From the NCBI GenBank assembly GCA_963733055.1, contig CAVTBR010000001.1:608001-672000 (forward strand): a DNA stretch of 64,000 nucleotides, given 5' to 3'. Below the pieces are notes generated by a model, which searched no databases, was not told the origin of the DNA, and worked only from the letters and a program-made list of their open reading frames with translations. Positions 57,247 to 64,000 of the stretch are shown here, piece after piece (position 1 is the first letter of the stretch; every line of letters begins with the position of its first letter). A program made the translations under genes and the position numbers. The stretch comes from Candidatus Bathyarchaeota archaeon (lineage in GTDB: Archaea > Thermoproteota > Bathyarchaeia > 40CM-2-53-6).

Positions 57247-58647
57247 TTATCTCAAGAATGTTAGATCTCGCGTTCCGACGATAATTGAGGGTATCACAAA
57301 CAGCGCTAGGATTGGAAGAGCTACCCAATCAAACAGCCGCGTCGACATCCTCGTTCGAAGGGTCGTGACGCCAACCGCGATAAAGTAGAACGCCGGGTAA
57401 TACAGGAACTCAGCGAACCGCTCGTCCAAGTTCCGCAGTCCAACAAACCCACCGATCGGTGGATATGTTGCAAGAAACCCGACCACGAGCCCAACGGAGA
57501 TCAGCCAACTCAACGCAACAACCAACCCCATTCCTCGAGGCTTCTCACGCAGGCTAACCCTAAGCCCGTAGAGGGCGAGGATGGCGAAGGGGGCCTTCCA
57601 CCCGTGCAACAGGAGAAAATACGTCGGACCCCCGTAGATCAAAGCAATATAGGATGAATATTTCAGAATAACAGACCCAACACCGGCGACCAGAGCAACT
57701 GCTAGCGCGAGGTAGGCGAGTCTCTCGTCAACCCGCACGCTCTCCAACCTCCTGAGGCTGCCGAAGTTAGCTACGGCCAAAGAAACCAAAACCACGACGA
57801 ACCCGGCGCACAAGAACAACACGAAGAAGTTACTTCCAAGGGTATTCGATATAATGTTCAACGGGTAGGCACCGAACAATTCCACCCTCCAAATCCTGTA
57901 CAAATCGGGCAGAGCCAGTTTGAGGAAGAGCCCATAGTTTCCAAATGCAAAAACCGTGTACGCGGCGGTCCACCAAGTCGTCTTCTTCAAGATCATTAAC
58001 GATGTGAGTGTTAGCAGGAGAACTACGTAGGAGATTGGGGTATGAAAGATGAGGATAAGGGATGTGACCACGAAGAGGCGTAGAAGAACTTGAACCCCCG
58101 CTCGCTCGAATAGCAACTTCATGTCACGCATCGCCAAGGGGAGCAGGAACAAACCGAACAGGCTCGGCCGCGCGATTGTGGTGGAATAAATCATAACATC
58201 GGACATGGATACGAGAACTACCCCCACCATCGCCACCATGTAGCTCCCTTTCGCGAAGCTCGAATACATTCCAAAAGCGGGCAGCACGTACAGGCAACCT
58301 AACCCAATCGCCAACACAACCAAGGCTGACGCATAGTTCAGTTGAAGGAGTTGGCCGACGGCTGCGGAAGCATAGTAGATACCGGGTCCCTGGGCAAGCG
58401 TCGTCACCGGAATCGTACTATTAGTCTGGTATGTGACAAGTGAGGTTAACCAGAAAGTCTCATCCCCCGCTCGCAAAGGGAAGTAGGGTAGGTAGTATCG
58501 GTCGAACAACTTCAACATGAACTGAGCAACCACGACCAGTACGAGAACTACACCCACGTTTCTCAGCCTGTTTGTGAAGCAGAGGCGAAGGCTGACGATT
58601 GTGAAAACGTAGAACGCGAGCCAGATGAGCGCAGTGGCCAGGGACAT
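57247..58647 (-). CDS. Polytopic membrane protein, GT-C-like
   Basis: GDE in an early loop, QGPG, RP, FH motifs; 12 or more TM segments; likely start 58647. Confidence 0.6.
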   Translation of the reverse strand: MSLATALIWLAFYVFTIVSLRLCFTNRLRNVGVVLVLVVVAQFMLKLFDRYYLPYFPLRAGDETFWLTSLVTYQTNSTIPVTTLAQGPGIYYASAAVGQLLQLNYASALVVLAIGLGCLYVLPAFGMYSSFAKGSYMVAMVGVVLVSMSDVMIYSTTIARPSLFGLFLLPLAMRDMKLLFERAGVQVLLRLFVVTSLILIFHTPISYVVLLLTLTSLMILKKTTWWTAAYTVFAFGNYGLFLKLALPDLYRIWRVELFGAYPLNIISNTLGSNFFVLFLCAGFVVVLVSLAVANFGSLRRLESVRVDERLAYLALAVALVAGVGSVILKYSSYIALIYGGPTYFLLLHGWKAPFAILALYGLRVSLREKPRGMGLVVALSWLISVGLVVGFLATYPPIGGFVGLRNLDERFAEFLYYPAFYFIAVGVTTLRTRMSTRLFDWVALPILALFVIPSIIVGTRDLTFLR

Positions 58648-58874
58648 GTAACAGACACGGTATCCAGATTCTATTGTGCAGATACAAGGGTTTGGGATGG
58701 AGTCGTGAAAAATCAGGTAAGGGCGTTGGTGAGATATGCGCTCCAAGGCAATTTAGAACGAAAAGGGCGACCCGTCCTCGAGAAAAGAGCGTGATTAACA
58801 ATGTTGATTAGACCAAGCAGAAACACGCGGAGTTCGCAATGAGGTTGCGGACAACCCCCGGGGTTCTTTGTTGA

Positions 58875-59999
58875 TTGCAATCTAGATCGCAACCGCTCAT
58901 CATTCTATTCATGGTTCTGGGCTTGAAGGCTGCTTTCGCTGTCTTGCTCAACCACATAGCGGGCACAATACCATCGCCCGTCCCTAACCATGGCAGTTTT
59001 TTCGGATTTGACATTCCGCTGAATTGGATGTATCCGTTCGTTGGATGGGATTCAGTATACTATCACGCAATTGCAGCGAATTGGTATCCTCACGAGCTGG
59101 CACCCTTGTGGGCATATTTCCCACTCTACCCAGCAACGATACGAATGCTGGGATTGCTCGGGCTCGATCTATGGATATGCGGCTTCATAATTTCAGTTGG
59201 GGCTGGTTGCATTAGCATTCTGATTTTTCAGAAGATAGCTGAGGTCTACCTCGACAAGAAAACTTCGCTTGTAACGACCGCCCTCTACTTCCTGCTCCCA
59301 CCAGTCTTCATATTCACTACGGTGAGTTACACTGAATCATTATTCCTCTTGCTCTCTCTAGTCGCATGGTGGGCACACATCAAAGGAAAGACGTTCGCCT
59401 CCGTCGTATCAGCAAGTTTTCTAGTTCTTTCGCGCGGATTCGGTATATTGATACTCTTTCCTTTGGCGTATGATCTGATCCGTAGGAGACAGTTCGAGAA
59501 GGTTCCTCTTCTCGGGCTTCCGATAGCTACGTTGTTGTGTTGGTTGGGGTATGCCTATGTAGAGACAGGAAACGCACTGACGCCTTATGTGGTGCAATCG
59601 TACTGGAATACGGAGCGCGTAATTGAGATTCGGCTGGGGATCATTCTATTCATTACTCATGGCGATCTGAAGATCGTTGAACTCATTCGTCCATATGAAC
59701 TTCTACTTGCCGTCGGAGCATTTTTCATCGTCTTGATCACATTCCTAACTTTTCGTACCTGGAAAATTGATAGCTCTCTAGGAGTCTATTCTTCTACGTT
59801 TCTCCTGTTTACGGGAGCGATCGCGGTAACTCTATTGCAGAATTACGTGTCTTTGGCCCGTTATCTATCAATCATTTTTCCGGTGGGTATGGCTTTGCAA
59901 ATTCGAGATAAATCAATTCTTTACTTGGCGCTGTCGTTGTTAATTTGTTCCGACCTAGTCGCTTGGTGGATGTTTATCTTCACGAACTCCTTCCACTAA
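58875..59999 (+). CDS. PIG-V-like (GT76) lipid-phosphate-sugar-dependent mannosyltransferase
   Basis: GWDSVYYHAIA, AYFPLYP, YTESLFLLL, SRGFG, ARY. Confidence 0.82.
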   Translation: MQSRSQPLIILFMVLGLKAAFAVLLNHIAGTIPSPVPNHGSFFGFDIPLNWMYPFVGWDSVYYHAIAANWYPHELAPLWAYFPLYPATIRMLGLLGLDLWICGFIISVGAGCISILIFQKIAEVYLDKKTSLVTTALYFLLPPVFIFTTVSYTESLFLLLSLVAWWAHIKGKTFASVVSASFLVLSRGFGILILFPLAYDLIRRRQFEKVPLLGLPIATLLCWLGYAYVETGNALTPYVVQSYWNTERVIEIRLGIILFITHGDLKIVELIRPYELLLAVGAFFIVLITFLTFRTWKIDSSLGVYSSTFLLFTGAIAVTLLQNYVSLARYLSIIFPVGMALQIRDKSILYLALSLLICSDLVAWWMFIFTNSFH

Positions 60000-60082
60000 T
60001 GCTTATCCAGCTAATTCAAGGAGCATCAGAGCTAGATCGTTCGCGTTCTTCTGGACAACGATCTGTATTGAGTGGGTCGCTG

Positions 60083-61174
60083 TCAGGCAAAAGGGACTAT
60101 GAGTACACTGCCAAAGGTATAGATAATATTGCCAATTATGATTAGAATCGTCAGGATCTGAAGATATCGTCTCCTTTCAGCCTTGGCTGCGATACGCATT
60201 AGGAAGGGAAAGGCGAAGATTACGTAGCGGGGCACGTAAGCGAAGCCAACCGGTGAGAGGAAGCTCACGAATAACAACACGGGGAGTCCCCACGCGAGTT
60301 CAAGATATGCGGAAGCACGATAGGCCGCGTACGCACCCAACCAATAGAGTGGGTAAACAGGGAGGAAGATGATGAGAGCGTAGTAGATGTTCACGGGCAA
60401 CGACGAACCCATTAGAGTCGACAGGTGTGTCACGACGTAGATCACTGAGGCGAATGGGTATGATAGAAAGCCATACCGAATTCCGTAACCCGCTCCTCCT
60501 TGGCCCCATTGGACGACGTTAAGGCGCAAGTAGAAAAACAAGTCATTGTTTTCGAGAAGCCTGAAAATTGAGAACACAACAAAAGGTAGACTAGGTACCA
60601 AGCCCAACGCGGTGAACCGCGGGCGTTTTCGATACATGCAGTAAAGAAAGCTCGGAATCAAAAGAAGCGCCAGATAATGTGTCGCAACAGCCAATGTCCC
60701 AAATAGCAAAGCCCAATCGACACGGTTCTTAGCTAGCAAATAGAAACTCAGCCCGGCAAACAAGAATGCGGGTATATCCGCGTAAACGTACACGACATAC
60801 TTGAAAACGAAATATGGGAATAGGGACGCGACGACCCCAATCCACATACGTCTAGATAACAGGTAAACCACCGACCCGAACCCTAAGTAACTGACCATGT
60901 TGACGAGAATCGCTGCTTGGACGGGTGGAAGAATCAGTGTTGCGAATGCGATTAGTAACGAGTAGAATGGCATGTGATAGGTGAAAATTGGAATTGATGA
61001 AAAATTACCGGGACGCAACAGATATTCTGACGCATCCCCAACGTTGGCAGCTATGCCAGCCCACCGTGCCGTTCCAAACTGCAATTGAATTGCAGCGAGC
61101 AAGGCTAACTGGGCGAATAGAAGGAGCCCAGGAAAGATTGCCCATTTTATTCGTTCTCTCTTGAATACATCCAT
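60083..61174 (-). CDS. Polytopic membrane protein, GT-C-like
   Basis: GDASEY, MPFYS, ADIP, PRY motifs; about 10 TM segments; likely start 61174. Confidence 0.62.
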   Translation of the reverse strand: MDVFKRERIKWAIFPGLLLFAQLALLAAIQLQFGTARWAGIAANVGDASEYLLRPGNFSSIPIFTYHMPFYSLLIAFATLILPPVQAAILVNMVSYLGFGSVVYLLSRRMWIGVVASLFPYFVFKYVVYVYADIPAFLFAGLSFYLLAKNRVDWALLFGTLAVATHYLALLLIPSFLYCMYRKRPRFTALGLVPSLPFVVFSIFRLLENNDLFFYLRLNVVQWGQGGAGYGIRYGFLSYPFASVIYVVTHLSTLMGSSLPVNIYYALIIFLPVYPLYWLGAYAAYRASAYLELAWGLPVLLFVSFLSPVGFAYVPRYVIFAFPFLMRIAAKAERRRYLQILTILIIIGNIIYTFGSVLIVPFA

Positions 61175-61281
61175 CAGTTTTCCATGCTCTATATGGTCCC
61201 TTAACCCGAAACAATAATCATGTTTTTCTCGCCAGATGTCCTGTCTGTGGGCACACATGACGAATGGAGTGAAGTGAAAAG

Positions 61282-62070
61282 TTGCAAAGTGCACCAGTTT
61301 TGGCCATTCTCTTGGTTATACTCACGATCGCAGCTGCAACGCCGGTCTTTGCCGATCAGACCTCGTTATACTTCCATGACAACTCGGAGATATCCTTCAC
61401 GTACCCCTCATTTCAGTTCGGAGGCTTTCAAGTGTCCGGTATTCAAGCGAGTCCCTCGAGTTCGAGCGGGCGAGTATTCGAGGTGGCGACACCTAGTGCA
61501 CCTTCTAGTGGTGGGGTGGCTGTGACGATGACGGCGACGATCTCCGTTTCAAGTCAACCCCAAGTTTACGCCGCGTTCGTAGCCTGGGTATCTAACCCCT
61601 TCTCCGCGACCGTGACGCTTGACGGGTCCGTGGTGATGCATGTTTGGATGAGTAGCAATGATAGTCTGTACCCGTGGCAAGGATCTGAATTCTTCATGGG
61701 TATCGCGGATTACTCACCCACCAACTCAACCCAGTTTCAGCTTCTAGACGGCTACCAGAGCACCGCCAGTATAGGATACAACGGCTTCACTAGTTCGCCA
61801 AATGAATACGTCGTCAACACGATGAGAATTAATCAACACCAGTTTCAGGCGGGCAGCATGCTGATGTTCATCGCGGGGGCGGGGTCTAACAAGCAAGGAT
61901 ACAGTTTCAACGTCTACTTTGACAGCCCCACCTGGCAATCCCGAGCAGACGTGCCCGCCGACCCCAGCCTAACCGTATCAGAATTCTCAAACCTACTCCC
62001 CATACTACTCTTGACCCTACTCCTACTCCCAATCGTTCAGATCAAACGTAGAAGGACTCGACTCGAATAG
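61282..62070 (+). CDS. Secreted protein with PEF-like (VSEF) C-terminal sorting signal
   Basis: Signal peptide ending VFA; C-terminus TVSEFSN + hydrophobic helix + KRRR. Confidence 0.72.
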   Translation: MQSAPVLAILLVILTIAAATPVFADQTSLYFHDNSEISFTYPSFQFGGFQVSGIQASPSSSSGRVFEVATPSAPSSGGVAVTMTATISVSSQPQVYAAFVAWVSNPFSATVTLDGSVVMHVWMSSNDSLYPWQGSEFFMGIADYSPTNSTQFQLLDGYQSTASIGYNGFTSSPNEYVVNTMRINQHQFQAGSMLMFIAGAGSNKQGYSFNVYFDSPTWQSRADVPADPSLTVSEFSNLLPILLLTLLLLPIVQIKRRRTRLE

Positions 62071-62096
62071 TCGAGCGGTGTGGGGTTGGGCGGACC

Positions 62097-62888
62097 TTGA
62101 AGCCTCTAATAACACTGCTAACAGACTTCGGACTTCAAGACTCCTACGTCGCGGAAATGAAAGCGGCCGCCCTCTCGATTTGCCCCGACGCCAACCTAGT
62201 CGACATCACGCATCAAGTTGAGAAATTTAACATTCGAATGGGCGCCTTCATCCTAGCCAGCGCAACACCATACTTTCCACCGCGAACCATCCACCTAGCC
62301 GTCGTAGACCCAGGCGTAGGCAGCACCCGCCGCCCAATCGCCATAGAAACAAACCGTTCCCTTTACGTTGGCCCCGACAACGGATTACTGATCCCCGCCG
62401 CCACTGCCGAGGAAATTCGACATGCCTACGAGTTAACCAATAACTCGTTGATGAGGACCCCAGTCTCCTCCACATTTCAGGGACGGGACATTTTCAGCCC
62501 AGTAGCGGCGAACCTAGCCTTAGGATTACAACCCAAAGATGTGGGGCGGGAAATCATGGATTACGTGAAACTATCCTTCGCTGCGGCGAAGTATGATGGT
62601 AAAGAGTTTGTTTGCGAAGTTCTCCACATCGACGAGTTCGGGAACGTCATAACCAACATCCCCCAGAAAGAATTGAACAAACTGATCGAATACCCAAGGC
62701 TTGTCGTGAAGTTACGAGGAAAGCGTTTTCCGGTGAAGGTGGTTGGAACATTCTCAGAGTTGGGAAAACGAGAGTTAGGCGTTCTAGTAGGGAGTCATGG
62801 AACTCTTGAGATCGCAAGCCCCGAAGCTAGCGCAGCCAAGAGGCTTGGGGCTAGAACTGGCGGTGCCCTTCGCGTTGGTGGTGCCTAG
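62097..62888 (+). CDS. SAM hydroxide adenosyltransferase / chlorinase-fluorinase family (DUF62)
   Basis: ITLLTDFG, DITH, VVDPGVGS.RR, GPDNG, STFQGRDIF, IDEFGNVITN. Confidence 0.93.
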   Translation: MKPLITLLTDFGLQDSYVAEMKAAALSICPDANLVDITHQVEKFNIRMGAFILASATPYFPPRTIHLAVVDPGVGSTRRPIAIETNRSLYVGPDNGLLIPAATAEEIRHAYELTNNSLMRTPVSSTFQGRDIFSPVAANLALGLQPKDVGREIMDYVKLSFAAAKYDGKEFVCEVLHIDEFGNVITNIPQKELNKLIEYPRLVVKLRGKRFPVKVVGTFSELGKRELGVLVGSHGTLEIASPEASAAKRLGARTGGALRVGGA

Positions 62889-63417
62889 GGTCATCACTCA
62901 AGGTCAATTCCCTCAATCTTTCCTCTCCGGATATACTTTTGATGTATTCTGCCACAGGGGTTGGGACTAATTTTTCCCAGCTGTCGCCGTTAACCACTCG
63001 TTCCCTTATCTCGGTTGAGGAGTATGTTTCGCGGTCGTAGAATGGAATCGGTTCAACCCTGAACCCCGCCTCTTTGAATAGACGCGACGTTACGGGTTCA
63101 TTCGAGAATACCGTCCCGAACTTTGGGGTTTGAGATACGAGGTGTGAGACCCAGAGATCGTGAATGCGAAGATCACGGATGGGAATGAGGTAGTATTTTT
63201 CAGCGTCAATCTTCGCATCATCCAAAGCGAGCCTAATCATCGTGATGCGTTCGCCGGCGGTGAATGGGTTGTGAAGTGTGTGACTAAATTGGGCGCTCCC
63301 AATCGCGATGATAATTTCAGGCAAAGTCTTCAGGACGTACTTGACACATTCCAAGTGGCCTAGATGAAAAGGTTGGAACCTACCAATGAGAAGCCCGCGA
63401 TTCTCGTCGGTTTTCAA
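62851..63417 (-). CDS. nadM: Archaeal nicotinamide-nucleotide adenylyltransferase
   Basis: IGRFQPFHLGH, GSAQ, NPFTAGER, SSTEIR. Confidence 0.94.
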   Translation of the reverse strand: MKTDENRGLLIGRFQPFHLGHLECVKYVLKTLPEIIIAIGSAQFSHTLHNPFTAGERITMIRLALDDAKIDAEKYYLIPIRDLRIHDLWVSHLVSQTPKFGTVFSNEPVTSRLFKEAGFRVEPIPFYDRETYSSTEIRERVVNGDSWEKLVPTPVAEYIKSISGEERLRELTLSDDPRHHQREGHRQF

Positions 63418-63429
63418 ATCAAAGTTCCT

Positions 63430-64000
63430 TCAATTGGGCGCCCACATTGACTTCTCGGACACTTTTTGGTTATGAAATTTGACGCCCTCAAGTTCCAGCA
63501 ACCTACGTTTCATGTATGAACCAGTTGAGGGTTCACGGCCTCCCATCCCATAATTTCCAACCTTACCTGAAACGGGAACAACCCTGTGGCAGGGAACTAT
63601 GAGGGGGAACGGGTTCTTAGCGACCGCTGTACCAACTGCTCGCGAATACCGCTTTCCCCCCAGCCGGCGAGCAATAGCCCCATAAGTCGTCACCCGGCCT
63701 CGAGGAATCTTACAGAGCAACCCGTAGACTTTCTTCCGAAATGCAGAGACATTTGACAAGTCCAGACTACGCGGGTTTGCTACCTTGCCGTTACCTCTGA
63801 GGAACTCATATAGGACGCGAAAACTTGGATCGGCCCGACCCACTTTCCCTGTTTTGGCCAATCCTGATGGTAAAGCGCTTCGAACGGATCTTTCTGCTTC
63901 GCGGCGGCTCCTATCTGAGAATGAGCAGGCAACCATCTTCCCGTCACGGTTTCGAGCCAAAGAGAACCAGATTCCTCCTAGCTTGGCGGATTTGACTTCC
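63430..64000 (-). CDS. ogt: Methylated-DNA-protein cysteine methyltransferase, 5' end probably outside window
   Basis: IPRGRVTTYG, RAVGTA..NP...VPCHRV; frame is open to the window edge. Confidence 0.92.
   Translation of the reverse strand, partial: EVKSAKLGGIWFSLARNRDGKMVACSFSDRSRREAERSVRSALPSGLAKTGKVGRADPSFRVLYEFLRGNGKVANPRSLDLSNVSAFRKKVYGLLCKIPRGRVTTYGAIARRLGGKRYSRAVGTAVAKNPFPLIVPCHRVVPVSGKVGNYGMGGREPSTGSYMKRRLLELEGVKFHNQKVSEKSMWAPN

Noticed and set aside
62097-62888. True fluorinase/chlorinase
   Set aside because: DUF62 hydroxide adenosyltransferases are common in archaea and often lie near nadM; no halometabolite genes are present

Overview
Archaeal DNA. The archaeal-type NMN adenylyltransferase, archaeosortase with a PEF-type sorting substrate, short HicB/HicA genes and many TTG/GTG starts suggest a Bathyarchaeia/TACK-like organism; this is inference, not a database result. 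About 62 kb is one large mosaic cell-surface glycosylation island. It holds a Wzm/Wzt ABC exporter, nucleotide-sugar enzymes (WecC-like, Ugd, rmlABCD, SDR epimerases), about 15 GT2/GT4/GT32/GT75 transferases, four Dol-P-sugar-synthase-like GT2s, six GT-C-like membrane proteins (one PIG-V-like) and a methyltransferase-coiled coil-GT2-GT4 chain-terminator-like protein. It also holds a tailoring block (pyruvyltransferase, B12 radical SAM of the RiPP-maturase type with no visible precursor, Cys-less AsnB-like ligase, QueC-like PP-loop protein), two TA modules, a divergent Sir2, several small Cys-containing secreted beta-sandwich proteins, and the archaeosortase/PEF-CTERM pair. Housekeeping genes (DUF62, nadM, ogt) close the right end. 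The most striking sequence-level pattern is that at least three gene blocks are each bracketed by their own intergenic direct repeat (86, 18 and 28 bp). Together with relics of deleted genes and a 4x palindromic operator-like array upstream of rmlC, this suggests cassette-wise remodelling of the glycan locus without a visible integrase. No rRNA, tRNA, CRISPR array, transposase or integrase was recognised. All family calls are from motif recognition by eye.
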